Source: Prorocentrum cordatum (Eukaryota). Taken from it: a stretch of DNA of 64,000 bases. The notes beneath the pieces are model-generated. The model worked only from the letters and a program-made list of their open reading frames with translations. It did not search any database and was not told the DNA's origin. Where the stretch lies: NCBI GenBank assembly GCA_963575745.1, contig CAUYUJ010000266.1, positions 1-64,000 of the forward strand, in the 5' to 3' direction. The position numbers and the translations under genes were made by a program. Below are positions 28,451 through 42,258 of this stretch, piece by piece. Each line of letters starts with the position of its first letter. Position 1 is the stretch's first letter.

Positions 28451-30047
28451 GCAATAAAGGCTTAGACGGTTTGCCAGGCTGAACAGCCTTGCCCGCTTCG
28501 GACTAGCGGTACCCGCGCCTTGCCACGGGCAAACGAGCATATTGAGTCCAAATGGCTACGGCTCGGCAACCGAGGAGGAGGAAGAGGAGGAGCAGTAGGA
28601 GGAGAAAGAGGAGTTTGATGCTACGGGGGCAACCTCGCCTAATCTGGCCCTCACTTGTTGTGGTTTCGTAGACGCTGCGCTCCTCCACCGACGTCTGCGC
28701 ACCGTCAAAGAGGAGAAGGAGGAGGAGGAGGAATAATGTCCTCCCTCCCCCCCCTCTCTCCCTCCCTCGTCGCCGCTGGGGACGAGGGGGATGGCAAGAA
28801 GGAGAGAGATGCCTCCTCCCTCCCTCCCGACCCCCCCTCTGCCCAACTCTGTCGTCGTCCCGCGTCGCCGCCAGACGAAAGGGAGGCCGAGGAGGTGGGG
28901 GGCAAGTCCTCCCTAAGCGGGGGAGAGGAGGCCTCCGTGCGGACGGGACAGGGAGGGGAGGCGGGGGAGGAGGCGGATGTGGGCATCGCGCAGCTGCGCA
29001 GGTCCACCTCCTCGTCCTCGTCCTCCTCCTCCTCCTCCTCCTCCTCCTTCTCCTCCTCCTCCTCCTCCTCCTCCTCCTCCTCCTCCTCCTCCTTGGTTGC
29101 TCATCTCCCTCCTCTCGTCGTCCTCCTCTCTGGTTGCTCATCTCCCTCCTCCTCTCTGGTTGCTCATCTCCCTCCTCTACTCCTCTCGTCCTCCTTCCTT
29201 CTTCCTCCTCCTCCTCCTCCTCCCTTCCTCCTCCTCCTCCCTTCCTCCTCCCTCCCCTCTCCTCCTCTCTGGTTGCTCACCTCTTTCCTGGGCGGGGGGA
29301 GGGCAGGAACGAGGTGGCTCTTTGTGACTGTTCCCCTCGGGTACAGTCGGGGCGTTGACCCGGGGGAAACCCAAATAACGAGGGCACTTTTTCCCATGAG
29401 CTAAACTTCGAGTTCTCATGGAAGACCTCAGGAAAACCTAAAGGGCGAACTGCAGAACAACTGAAGAACACTGAGCCCCTCCCCAACGAAACGAGTTCCT
29501 TCTTCAGCGCCCCTATTGGAATGGGGATTGAGGGGTTGGAGGCTGGGGAAGCGCAGTGGGGCCCTTCCGGCCCATGGAGAGAGGGGCCTCTATGGCGCTT
29601 GAAGCCCTGGAGGCGAAGGGGGTCAAGAGGAGCTCTGTTTGCTTGCTTCCTCAGAAGAGCTTCGCCGCGATGGAGGCTGGTCCCCAACACTTCCAAGCGC
29701 GCTGAAACGATGCCTCGAAAACCATGCGTCTCCTAGCTAACGTTCAGTTCTGGCGAATAATAAGAATATGCGACGGCGTAGATATCATCCACCGTGGCCC
29801 CTGGCAAGTTGCTGGCGGCGAGCGAGGGGGGGAAATCAGAAGGAGAAGGCCATCTAAGACGGCGGCGGGACTTCTCAGAAGCCCTCGCGCCTCCTGAGAA
29901 GCTGCCTCTGCCTTCGGGGAAGGCTCCGAAAACTTCCCAGAAGGCCGGAGGACTTCCGAACCTTCTGAGAAGGCCTTCTTCTCCTTCTCGCTTCCCCCCC
30001 TCGCTCGCCGCCGGGGCAGCCTGCGCGGCAGGGGCGGAATCGCGAGC

Positions 30048-30080
<33 letters not shown>

Positions 30081-31085
30081 GAGGAGGAGGAGGAGGAGGA
30101 GGAGGAGGAGGAGGAGGGAGAGAGGAGGAGGAGGAGGAGGAGGAGGAGGAGGCGCAAGTAGAGTGCCAACTGCTGCCCGGCAGGCCGCGTGCACTGGAGC
30201 CTCCTCTCCCGAGGCTTCCCCCGGGCGGCCCGACGCCTCCCCGAGGCTCGCAGAGGGCCCTTCCGAGGCTCCCCTGGGCTGCCCAGGAAGGCCACCACGG
30301 CCGCCACCATGGCCAAACAGTTTCGGTGGCAACTCGTGGGAGCCTCCCATTCCATCCTGTCGGCTCTTGCGATCCGACGCTCGTCGACGCTGAATCGACG
30401 CCAATCGGCGCTAAATCGACGCCAATCGACGCTAGCCGACGCTAGATCGGCGCCATCTCATCGACTCCAGACGCTAATCGACGCTAAAGACGGAATTCAG
30501 AGGCTATATCAGGCTCCCATGATTTGCTGGCGACAGAGGCCCTCGAGACGCCGAAAGCATTCATGTCCCTGAGATGTCTCAATGCCTTTTGCTTTCCGCG
30601 CCCTTCGGTGGGAGATCGGTCCACTTGCGATCTCTTCGAGGGCCCAGAGGACGCCTATGGAGAACCCTGAGGGGTTCCCTGGGCGGCCCAGGAAGGCCCC
30701 AAGGAGAGCCCTCTGGCCCAAAGGGCCTCTGGTGGGACCCAAGACGGCCCAAGAGAGGCTCAAGGACGGCCTAAGAATGCTCCAAGACGGCCCCATGACG
30801 GCCCCGCGAGAGACAAACCCCAGACAGCCAGGAGGGCCCCAAGACAGCCCTGGGGCGCCCAGACGGCCCCCAAACAGCCCCCAAGACTGCCCGCACGAGC
30901 GCCCAGGACGGCCCCAAGACGGCCCAGACGGGGCCCTCGAGAGCTCGCCGGGCGGCGGCCACAAGGCTCGCCAAGCGGTGGAGACGAGCTGCGCCCCTCC
31001 CCCCCGCTCCGCCCCGCGCGCGCGGTGGAGACGATGCCGGGGACGGGGGGCTCCGGCGCCGGCCCCCCGGGAGGCCCGCGGGGAC

Positions 31086-31112
31086 CTCCGAGCTCGTCGG
31101 CCTGTGCTGGCC
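31086..31112 (-). CDS. Host gene putative exon 5 (GQHRPTSSE)
   Basis: cacag|G acceptor, AG|GT donor, 27 bp, phase 0 to 0, keeps the frame. Confidence 0.55.
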
Positions 31113-31491
31113 CTGTGCGGTGGCAGGGGGCCACATGCGAACCCTGCCCCTACCCTCCCCCTCAGAAATCGTGGGGGGTAGGGGCAGGGTTCGCATAGGG
31201 GCCCCCTAGGTGAAGGCCAGGCCATCCAAGGCCACGTCGAGGCCATCCGAGGCCACCCCTCTGGGGCGTGGGTTCCGAGGGGGGGGCGTTCGCGGGGCGA
31301 AGAGGCGCACGCCTCTCCCTCACCTGCCGGGTCCGAGGCCGTCGCAGTGCACGCAGGGGGGCGTTCGCGCAGGCTCGCTGCGGGGCAGTGGCGGCTGCAG
31401 TCCTCGATCCCCCCGCCCCGCGTGTTGCCCCCACCCCCCGCTGCCGAGCGCCCACACTCTCCACGGTACTCTGCGCCCCGCTCGTCCAACC

Positions 31492-31651
31492 TCAGGTCGG
31501 GCATGTCCCCCTACAGGCGGATTCTGGAGGAAGATCAGAACATACCCCAAACATGCTCAGACATGGTCAAAAAATAATCGAAAAATCGTCCCCCGGCTAG
31601 TTCTTGACAATTTTTGGATTTCCCTCCTGTAGAGGGACGTGCTCGACTCAA
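31492..31651. mobile_element. MITE family A copy
   Basis: TIRs; TSD GTCCAACC/ATCCAATC (6 of 8). Confidence 0.7.
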
Positions 31652-34539
31652 ATCCAATCCATCTCCCCATGGGGGGCGCCTGGACAGCGACCGCTTCCGG
31701 GAAGGCGACCGGGCCTGCCCAGCGGTGGGGGGTGAGCGCGGGGCCCTGCTTGCAGACGAAGCAGGAGAGAAGGAAGGAGTCCTCTTCCGAGGAGAGGAGG
31801 GGAGAGGAGGACGAGGATCGAGAAGGTCGAGGGGTTGTTGGATGTGTTCGGCCTCACCGGGGCCTCTGCGGGGATGCTCGTCGCCACGGCTGGATTCCTC
31901 TCGGAATTCCAACCAGAATGCAGTCCTGGACGGGTCTGGGCGGCCGCTTCTTGAGGCATGACAAGGAAAAGCATAGATATGGGAAGGAAAAAGAGGGAGT
32001 GGTGGGACAGGAGTTGATGGGTGCAAACGACCAGAATGGCATGTGACACCAACCCTTCTCCTTCTCCCTGTCTCTCGGTCCCACTCCTGTCACCATCCCT
32101 TCTCCCTGTTTCATCCCGCGCTTCTTGCGCGCCTGACGACAACGCAGTGCCACACGGCTACATGAAGCACTCTCTGAAGCCCATTTTCTCCTCCTGTAAC
32201 TCATCCCGCGTGACCTGTGCGGCGACTGTGTCGCTGTCCGCCCAATGCCGTGCCATACGGTGCCGAGCGCTGCCGCGCGGTACACCGTGCGGATGGCCAC
32301 GAGCTAGGAGTCGGCTGCCTGGTACCATGCCGTGCTGTGCCATGGGGTGCCGAATGTGACGGAGGTCGGCTGATCGGTGCCGTACCACGTGGTGCTGCAT
32401 ATTGCTGTGCAGGCAGCCGCGAGCTCGACAGCGACTGCCAGGCGCCGTGCCGTACAATGCGGCTCGTGCCCTGAAAGCATCGATGCGTGCCCGTGGTGAC
32501 CCAACATGGTGGTCTGGTGCAGCGCCATGCCCAGACCCCCGGCGTCGTGATTTTGTTCAACCTTGATCCCTGGAGTATGGTTAAGAGCAACTGCAGGAGT
32601 GATTCCATAGCCGAATCGAAATTACCATGAGATCTTGAGGTGCTCATTTGTTTTGGGCCAAATCGGCTGCAGTTCCTGAAGCACGCTTCGGCTTCCCATC
32701 TTGCATCGTTGAACTGCCAACGCAGGGTAAGGGTCTGGTCATCCTGCCCCTGCCCTTTGATAGGCGTTCGCATTCACATTCATTTTCTGCTTACTGCACT
32801 TTCGTTTCTTGCTGCGTTTCAGAGAATGGCAGGCGTTCCTTTTCAAAAGCGTGCGAAAATGCAGTCCATGAGGCCGCCACGATCGATGGCGTACCCGCAA
32901 CAACCATTCGCTCCCGCCGGGGGTGCCTACATGCAACCAAGGAGGGGCATTCCACAGGTCTCGATCTGGGTTCGTCAAAATGTCGACATGCGCTCGGAGA
33001 GGGACCAGCCCATTGAGCCGGCAAAGAAAATCGAGGTGATCGGGGTCGCCACGGACGTCCCCGGCTTGAAGGCGTATCTCGTAAAAGGGCGGGCTATCCT
33101 TGCTCCGTGGAGGTGTCGTGAGGAGCCGGACGTGGCTTTGGATCGCCGCCTCCAGCTGCAGCCAGCCCATGGTCGACTTGCGCCTGCCGGATGACAAGTG
33201 AGACTTTTTGATGAGAGGCGTGAACCTCATGATCAAGCAGATTGGGGGCTCGCAACAGCCAGACACTGTTGAACACATGTCGTCTCTCAAAAAGGAAATA
33301 CCTACCAAACCAGCCCAACACAACGAGAAAAGCCGAATTTCGGGTTGGGCGGGTACGGGCTTCATGTTTTATTTTTTTTAATTTTCCCAGACCCCCCCCC
33401 CCACTGGAAATGGAGAGCAAATCGGGGCCTTCGGGTTGAGTTGGGGTGCTTTGGTGGGCGGTGAAGAAAGAGTCGGACCACAAAGAGCATCAGGCAGAGA
33501 GGCGGCGCAGCCGTCGGGGTAAGAAGTCCTCGTGGGAACGCCTCGAGGAGGAGACTTCGGACGACGACAGGCGTCCTCAAAAGACCGAGCGGGACCGTCC
33601 AGATGGACCAGCCCGGGCAGCGTCGGCGCCGAAGGCTGAGCTCCCGATCAACGCCCGCATCGTGTACCAGCGGGGGGGCTGTCCTGAGCAGGAGGGCATC
33701 GTGACGGGCATAGAGATGTCCAGTGGCCAGCAGGTGTGCGTTGTCAGGCTTGCCGAAGCGAGCTGGGAAAGCCTTCGGGGCATGCTTCCGCCTCCAGCGC
33801 CAGTGGCTCGTCCTCCGACGGGGCACATGGAAACTCCGAATCACAGAGCTCCTAGCCGAGCGCGCTACGCCAGGAAAGACGGACCGCCTACCTTGGACTA
33901 CCGGGATCAGGAAATGACAGAACAAATTCCCTTAACGACTGGATAAAGCAGGCAGCAAGGGCAAAAGTGCCGGATTCTAGCTGCACTCTATCGACGAGAT
34001 CTTTTGACTCGCATAGCCATGTGCCTGCGCGCACGCAAGATCAGTGCAGACTTCCAGATAATCAGGTTGGGATATGGATGGCTCAGTTGTGAACGCTGTT
34101 GCGCGACCAGCCCACATCATCTTGCACGTCTGGGAATTAGCAACTCATCTTCAATGTCGGAACTGTAGTATCATCCGTCGCCTGTGCTGGTGAGACAGCA
34201 ATGCGAGTCTGGGCTTACAGATGCCACGAGTTTCGTGGACCATCTCACGCGGTCTTGCGATGGCGTCACACACTTCGGCCGGCTGTGGACAAATACGCTG
34301 GGATGCTTATGGAATGGGCTTTTTGGGGCCGTGTATGCTGACGGCACCAACGGGCCAGCGGCGTGCCAAGATCTCTGGCAACGGGTCCGCAGTAGTTATG
34401 GTTCGCGCGCGCGGGGCGGCCCCCGGGGGGCCCTGGACGATGAGCACCCTGGCAAGGTTCCGGCAGACTAGACTCCCAGCAAAGTCTCGGCAGGGTCTGC
34501 CCAAGCATGCCGAACTCCCTGGGGCGGTTTGCCGCACCC

Positions 34540-35465
34540 TCAGAGCGCTCCGAGAGGGCCTCAAGAGGCTCCCAAGCTGGTCCGAGAGGGCTCCGAGTCG
34601 CCGACCGATCGGTCCAAGACGCCCAAGATCGCCTCCACGCGGCCGCAGACGCCTCGAAGACGCCTACAGACGCCTCCAAGAAGCGTCTCCACAGGGCCCC
34701 AAGACACAAAAATCATTGATTTACCTTGGGTAGGATTTGTGCATTCACCTGTTCGGCCTCCCGACGCTCCAGGACAGCCCAAGAGGCCCTCAACATCGCC
34801 CACAGACGGCCCAAAGGGGCTTCAAGAAGTTCTCAAGACGGCCCAAGATGGCCCCATGACGGCCCTACAGGCCTCCAAGACAGCCCAAGATGGTCTCCGG
34901 GACTGCCCCAAGAGGGAGCCCTGACGGGGAACCCGAACGGGCATTTCGCGCCTAGCCTCCAGAACCGATCCAAGACAGCCCAAGAGACCTCCGAAAGGGC
35001 CTCAAAGCAGCCCAAGAGGGCAGCAAGACCGTCCCCAAAGGCACAAGAGCCCTCCAAGACCGCCTCGGAAAGCCTCCCAAGAGGCCCCCAAGAGCTCCCA
35101 AGAAGCTCCCCAGAGCTCTGGACATTTCGAGCCGGACTCTCCCAGGAGATCCCCAAAGGCCCCCAAGAGCTCCCGAAGAGGCGCCCAAGGGGCTTCACGA
35201 AGCCTCCAGGAAACTCCATGAGACTTCCAAGCGGCTCCCAAGAAAGACTCCAAGGTCCAAAGGCTCCAAAGAGGGTCACAACTACTCCCCCCCCAGCAGC
35301 TCCCCGTGCTCTCGGAAGAGACAGCAAGAAGCATCCGTGCGCTCTCCGAGATGCCTCCAATGACCGGCCCCCGAGACGCCCCAAGAAGTCCCAGAAATAC
35401 CGCCAAGATGCCCCCGAGAGCCCTCCCACGAGACCCCCCACATGCCCCAACAAGCCACCGAGAGG
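34540..35465 (+). repeat. CCAAGA-rich dispersed repeat family; also about 30600-30950, 39560-39990, 54595-54830, 57470-58130, 59370-60110, and inverted at 58500-58670
   Basis: Dense gcccaagac/ggccccaagag motifs and shared blocks such as gatcggtccaagacgcccaagat. Confidence 0.8.
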
Positions 35466-36612
35466 CCTCCTCCTCATCCTCATCCTCATCCTCCCCTCTT
35501 CCTCCTCCTCCTCCTCCTCCTCCTGCTCCTCCTCCTTCTCCTACTCCTCCTGCTCCTCATCGCTCACCTCGAGCACGCCAACATATAGCAAGACTGATAC
35601 AATCTGGGCCAGCCGAATAAGCGAAGCGATTCAATACATGTACAACGTGTAGCAATTATGAATATATGACCAAGTGTATTTGCAACAGCGGGAGCGGTCC
35701 TAGAAATATAAACAGAAACAACTGTCAGGAACTGCTTCTGGTGCTGTATCTATCTCAGGGGGCATTGCGGAAACCGCAGGGGCACCACCTTGCCGACGAC
35801 TGAAATCGCCGGGCTTTTCGCCAAGCCGTCGACGAACTCTTGGAGCATAGTCATTCTGGTGCTAAGTCGCGCCCGCGGCGTAAGATATGCCGATCCAGGC
35901 ATGCGGCAAGCTGAACTTGCGCGAGGTCACTGGCAACGGCGCGCACGCGCACTCGCCCTTCGACCAAGAAAACGGGATCCCCAGCACGAGCCTTCGCGCC
36001 GCAATCGCGTCCAGCGTGGCGACGCACTCCGCGGTCGCACCTCGAACTGCAATTGCCGGGTCGTCTGCGCACGCTTGGATCTTCACCCTGTCGTTCCTCG
36101 GTCCAAAGCGCCTGCGCGGACGGTTCGGTTAAACTACCGAAGCGGCTTTAGACCCAAGGACTCGCCAGGCCACCGAAGCCGAGGACGTTCCAAACCACGC
36201 GAGTGACGGTGCCGCCCAGATCAGGAATCTCCGCCGCGTTGAAAGGTTGCGCCCGCCGTTCCTCGATCATGCTGCCGACGGCCATGAAGATGACCCCCCC
36301 CTTCCCAGGGAACGACACGTCGAGGACCCTGGTCCTCTCCCCGAGAACGCCCGGCGGTCCCTGCTTAGCGGCTGAGGCCCAGCTTGAGCGCCGCGGTCTG
36401 GCGGGCTCGCCACCCCTGCCGCTAGATGAAACGTCGACGGGCCCGAGGATCTTGCGTCGCCTCCCCTGGTCTCCGAGGCGCACCTCTGCCTCGAACTGGA
36501 GGAGGCTCTGGAGCCGGCAGCCAAGCGGACCAAAGATGGCGAGGTCGACGACTGGCGGGTGGTCGGCTGCCAGCATGGCGGCTCGGGCTGGAACCTGGAC
36601 TGGCGCGGCGTC

Positions 36613-36661
36613 CTCATGGTCGCGCGGCTCGCCGTAGAGGTCCTCGCGCCGCTCGTCCATC
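36613..36661 (-). CDS. Host gene putative exon 4 ((R)MDERREDLYGEPRDHE)
   Basis: ctag|G acceptor, AG|GA donor (dinoflagellate-type), GC-rich third codon positions, phase 2 to 0. Confidence 0.65.
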
Positions 36662-37335
36662 CTAGCTGCGGCCAGACCTAGGACAGAATAACATCCTTCA
36701 AGAACATGAAACCCTCCGCCGGCCAAACCGAAGAACAATCGAGGGTACCCTCTCCCAGGATACACAAGAACACCCAACAAACACGAAGAGCATCAAGGTA
36801 CCCTCCCCGAACCGACCTCGAGCTTATACCTCGGTCCGCCCGGGTGACTGGGGCTCGCAGCTCGACGAAGGTGCCCCTCTGACCCTGGATCATCGGGGGC
36901 GCGCAAACATGGATTGGCGATCCATGGATTTGGCGCGCGGTCGCCAAATCCATGGATCGGGGGAGGTGCCCTCCCCGAAATGCGGCCGGTGCCGCCTCGC
37001 TCGGCGGCGGAAGCCCGCGATCACCTATGGAAGCGGGACCCGCCGCCGATCCACGCCCCCTTTGATCCGTGCTCGCCATCGCCAGGCAGCGATGCGAGGG
37101 CAGCCCTGGAGGGTCGCTCCTCCCTGCCGCCCGGGCGGACCGTGGCCCGGTCGGCCCCCGGGGCCGCTCGCGAGGGCCCGACGGTGGGGCCCGCCGCTCG
37201 AGGCCCCGCGCGCGCGCACGACGGGGGCGCGCGCGCGCGGGAGGGGGCCGCCCGCTCGGGCCCCCGGGGGCCCGCCGCGCGCCCCGCTGGCCTGCCGCGC
37301 GCCACGCTGCCCTGCGCCCCGCCTCCCCGTGGGGG

Positions 37336-37503
37336 TCGGGTCGGGCCTGTCCTCCCACGGGCGGGCTCTGGAAGAGGAGCAGAACACACATGCTCCGAAA
37401 AGGCCCCCCCCCTACATCGTGAAGGGAGCACGAAGATCATCCCCGCGCACGATTCTTGAGCCGGGCTCGGCCTGCCTCCTGCAGAGGGGCGTGCCCGACT
37501 TCG
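37336..37503. mobile_element. MITE family A copy, degenerate
   Basis: Similar TIRs, weak TSD. Confidence 0.55.
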
Positions 37504-38161
37504 CCCTGGGGCTAATTACACCCCCGGCTGCCGCTCCTCCGGCGGCTGCTGCTGCCGCTGCACCTGCTCCTCCTCGCTCGTCCGCTGCCTCCGCTCGTGG
37601 CGCCGCGGGCGGGATGAGCCCCCCGAGTGGGCATCGTTCAACCGATCCCCATCCCCACGGGCGTGGCCTGGGCACCACTGGCCGATTTACCTCCCTTGAT
37701 GGGGACATGGGCTGTTCCCTTCGAGCTTCGAGGCCCATATCCCCAGCTGGGGTGGTGGGATGGTGGGGATGGTGGGGATGGGGATGGGGATGGGGATGGG
37801 GATCGGTTAAGCGATACTGACCAAGGGAGGATCCATCGGATGGAACGCCTGAGACTCTGGTGTGCCATGCCCCCCTTCAAAAGGCATCGCGCGCCAGGGA
37901 TTACTCGTGTCTAAGCGGCCACAGCAAGCTGACGAAAGCGGCCCTGTCTGCCGCCCCCCCATCCACCCTTCGTGCTGGGCTTTTGGTAAGTACATCCTCA
38001 ACATCAGTGAAACATTCGGAGGCCCGCTCGGATTTCACCACCCCTCCGCAGCGCGCAAAGCGCGCCAGGAACGGTGCCGGAAACGCCGCCAGGGAAGCCC
38101 AGCGCCGACCCAAGAAACCCGCCTGAACCTCCGAGAGCTCATGCTTGCGCATATGCTTCTT

Positions 38162-38445
38162 CTCGCCATCGTTCGGACGTCCATTCCCTGTGCATGCTTC
38201 GGTTTCGTGCGCGTATGCTTCGCAAGGTGACCAAAAATGCTCCTCGACGGTCCTCGCTGAGGACAAACGAGCGACGATCAACAACGGGTCTTACGCGAGA
38301 TGGCGTAGCGACTCTACGCGGTGGCTTACACGGCCCGCCAGCGCGGCACGCTACTTCGGAGACGAGGGCGCTTACGCGCCAATGCCGGTGCAGACGGCAC
38401 CCTGTTCTTGCGCCGACCAAATGCACACGCCCGAGCGATGCCAAG
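38162..38445. mobile_element. MITE family B, long copy
   Basis: Same TIRs as 13167-13297; flanks TCTT/CCTT; interior matches about 290-350. Confidence 0.7.
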
Positions 38446-40609
38446 CCTTCGAGGGGGAGGGCCGCTGGTGTCTCCTGTGGCCCCCCTCCAAAAAGGAGGA
38501 GGAGGAGGAGGAGGAGGAAAAGGACGAGGAGGAGGAGGAGGAGGAGAGAGGAGGAGGAGGAGGAGGAGGAGGAGAGGGAGGAGGGAGAGGAGGAGGAGAG
38601 GAGGAGGAGGAGGAGGAGAGGAGGGAGGAGGAGGACGCGGAGGATGAGCAGAGGAGGAGACGAGAACGAGGACGGAGGAGGAGGAGAGAGAGGAGGAGGA
38701 GGAGGAGGAGGGAGGAGGAGGAAGAGGGAGGAGGAGGGAGGAGGAAGAGGAGGGAGGAGGAGGAAAAGGACGAGGAGGAGGAGGAGGAGGAGGACGACGA
38801 CGAGGAATGCATACGAGAACAGCGAAGGGGCACGCGACGCTGCGAGCCTTCGGCTTTTTGTCCGCGCCCTTCTCGGATCGGGACCTCCCCTCGGCCGCCC
38901 CCCCCCCCGGGGCATGCCCCGCCACGCCCCCTCGGGGCGCCGCGCGGCCTCTCCCGCGGCCGCGGCGGGCGTGCTCGTGCACGCCGGCGGCTCGCAGGCG
39001 AGGGGATACGACCTGCTGCCCACACTGGGACACAGGGAAACATGCTAGTACACCAATCGAAATCTGTAGTAGTACGGACGGGCGGTAAGGGCGCAAAGGC
39101 TTTGGACGCCAAAGTTGGCACTTTTGGGGCGGCGGACTGCCCGCAGAAGGGGTTGGCCGGTGAACACCGCGAAAGACGGGCCGCAGAGGTAAGGACGCAA
39201 GGGCACCCTAAGGACATCCGTGCGTCCTTACTATGAGTTTTGATTTTTTGTGCTGATTTTGGATGCGCACGTCCAACGCGAACAGGTACTACACAAGTTT
39301 TAACATGCATCGTTTCCCGAACGCCTACGGCCTGGAAGAGCCTGCCACGGGACTGGTCTGCCACCGTGCCCTTGGGCACGAATTGGAGTGCCTCGAGGAC
39401 CCTTGCTCGATCCCCTGATCCTCAGTCCTCACTCCTGGCAGGTCTTTGAAGGCCGAAATCCCCAATATTGACAACTCTCGGGGTTTGTCGCGTGCCTCCC
39501 AGGGCTTGGCTTCTCGTTTGGCTTGTCCCAAGGGGTCCCCGGAATGACCCAGGAGGGCACCGCTTCGCAAAACGATCGGTCCAAGACGCCCAAGATGACC
39601 TCTGGTCAACCGAAAACGCGCTCAAGACGCGCCAAGAGGCCTCCAATACCACACTCAAGAAAACCTCAAGAAGCAACCTTGCGGGTTTCTTAGCGCGTGA
39701 CATTTCCCCCCCATAACCCCCCCAGGGGACCTTCAAGACGGCCAGAATGGCCCCAAGAGGGCCCAAGATACCCCCAAGATGGCCCGCAAAACTGTCCCAA
39801 GATGCCTAAAAAACGGCCAAGATGGTCCAAGAGAGCCCTGGCCCAAGAAGCGCCCAAGAGGCCCCTAAGACGTCCTCCGGGAGGGCCCGAAAAGGCCTTC
39901 CTCACTGATTTCCCAATGTTTCTGAAAGATGCGGGCTTGTGCTTCAAATCTGCATTCCGACGCCTCAGACGGACCAAGGGCCCCCCAAACATTGAAAGAA
40001 GAATTACCTTGGCGACGCACCCAACCCGTGCGCAATGCTGGGCAAGAATACTTTGGAAAACTTTATGAGGGGGTGGTAACGTGGCGGGGCCTTCGATGGA
40101 GCTTAAATGCAGCACACCTCTCGCACGCCTCGCGCCCCATGATGGACCCCAGCAGCAATGCCGACAGCTGGCAGGGGCAGCAAGCTGACAGCCGACAGCT
40201 GACCTGCGGAAGCGGCAGCAATGGAACGCGCGGCGCAAGGGGAATATTGGTGTGGAATTGGAGGGAAAGCATAGGCATGTTACATCTGGATCGCGTTCTG
40301 GCAGCAGCGAAAAGATATAGCAGCAGGATCAATACGGCTGGAGGGAAGGGGGTGACGACGAGAGGAGGGCAGTGGAAGAAGGGGGACCATATTTCGAGGC
40401 ACGCCAGCAAACAGGCACAGTCAATGCAAGAAATCAGCAAGGCCGAGCTGCTTTGCCAGCAGCTGGGCCATTTTTACGGCACTTTTCAGCGCGGGGGTTG
40501 AAAAGCACGCAAGCGCGCCGCGAGGTCCGCGGGCGGCCCGCAAGAAAGGAACTGCAGCCCCCGATCCCGGATCATCTGGAAATCGTCGACCTTCGTGGCT
40601 CTGGAGAGC

Positions 40610-42258
40610 ATCACGTGCTGGACCCCCCAGCAGCCCTCGAAAGTGGCCATGTTCACAGATCGCAGCCCCCCAGGGATGGCGAGGTCTAATCTGAATCTGC
40701 CCAGCAGCCCTCGAAAGTGGCGATCGTTTCACAGATCGCAGCCCCCCAAGGATGGCGAGGTCGAATTTGAATCTGCGTAGCACGTCACTATGCTGGACCC
40801 CCCAGCGGCCCTCGAACGTGGCGACAATTGCACAGATGTCAGCTCCCCAAGGATGGCGAAGTCTAATTTGAACCTGCGTAGCACGTCACTATGCTGGGCC
40901 CCTGAGCAACCCTCGAAGATGGCGACAATTTTACAGATCGCAGCCCCCCGGGTATGGCGAGGTCGAATTTGAATCCGCGTAGGACGTCACTGTGCTGGAC
41001 ACCCCAGCACGCTTCGAAAGTGGCGAAAGTTTCACTGATCGCACCCCCCCAGGGATGGTGAGGTCGAATTTGAATCTGCGTAGGACGTCACTGTGCTGGA
41101 CCCCCCAGCAGCGCTCGGAAGTGGCGACAGTTTCACAGATCGCAGCCCCCCAGGGATGGCGAGGTCGAATTTGAATCTGCGTAGGACGTCACTGTGCTGG
41201 ACCCCCCAGCAGCGCTCGGAAGTGGCGACAGTTTCACAGATCGCAGCCCCTCAGGGATGGCGAGGTCGAATTTGAATATGCGTAGGACGTCACTGTGCTG
41301 GACCCCCCAGCAGCGCTCGGAAGTGGCGACTGTTTCACAGATCGCAGCCCCCCAGGGATGGCGAGGTCTAATTTGAATCCGTATAGCACGTCGCTATGCT
41401 GAACCCCCCGACAGCCCTCAAAAGTGGCGACTATTTGACAGATCGCAGCCCCCCAGGGATGGCGAGGACTATTTTGAACCCGCGTAGGACGTCACTGTGC
41501 TGGACCCCCCAGCAGGTCTCGAAAGTGGCAACAGTTTCAACGATCGCAACCCCACAAGGATGGCGAGGTCTATTTTGAATCCGCGTAGGACGTCACTGTG
41601 CTAGACCCCCCAGCAAGCCCTCGAAAGTGGCAACGGTTTCACAGATCGCAGCCCCCCAGGGATGGCGAAATCTATGTTAAATCCGCGTAAGACGTCACTG
41701 TGCTGGACCCCCCAGCAGGCCTCGAAAGTGGCGACAGTTTCACAGATCGCAGCCCCCCAAGGATGGCGAGGTCGAATTTGGATCTGCGTAGCACGGCACT
41801 GTGCTGGACCCCCAGCAGCCCTCGAAAGTGGCGACAGTTTCACAGATGGCAGCCCCCCAGGGATGGCGAGGTCTATTTTGAATCCGCGTAGGACGTCAAT
41901 GTGCTGGACCCCCCAGCAGCCCTCGAACGTAGCGACAGTTTCACTGATCGCACCCCTCCAGGGATGGCGAGGTCGAATTTGAATCTGCGTAGGACGCCAC
42001 TGTGCTGGACCCCCCAGCAGGTCTCGAAAGTGGCGACAGTTTCAACGATCGCAAACCCCCAGGGATGGCGAGGTCCAATTTGAATCCGCGTAGGACGTCA
42101 CTGTGCTGGACCCCCCAGCAAGCCTCGAAAGTGGCGACGGTTTCACAGATCGCAGACCCCCAGGGATGGCGAGGTCGAATTTGAATCTGCGTAGGACGTT
42201 ACTGTACTGGACCCCCCAGCAGCCCTCGAAAGTGGCGACGGTTTTACAAATCGCAGCC
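40610..42258. repeat. 101-bp tandem satellite, about 16 copies
   Basis: gtgctggaccccccagcag...cagggatggcgaggtcgaatttgaatc at 101-bp period (40992, 41093, 41194). Confidence 0.95.

Noticed and set aside
32500..34470. Possible decayed RT, transposase or other TE protein fragments
   Set aside because: Only vague motif resemblance in broken frames; no family could be supported.
38950..39012. Extra host exon (RSYPLACEPP...), and a similar candidate at 44921-44946
   Set aside because: Donor or phase does not fit; cannot be excluded without transcripts.
40610..42258. CRISPR-like regular array
   Set aside because: The whole 101-bp unit is repeated, with no unique spacers and no cas genes; eukaryotic context.
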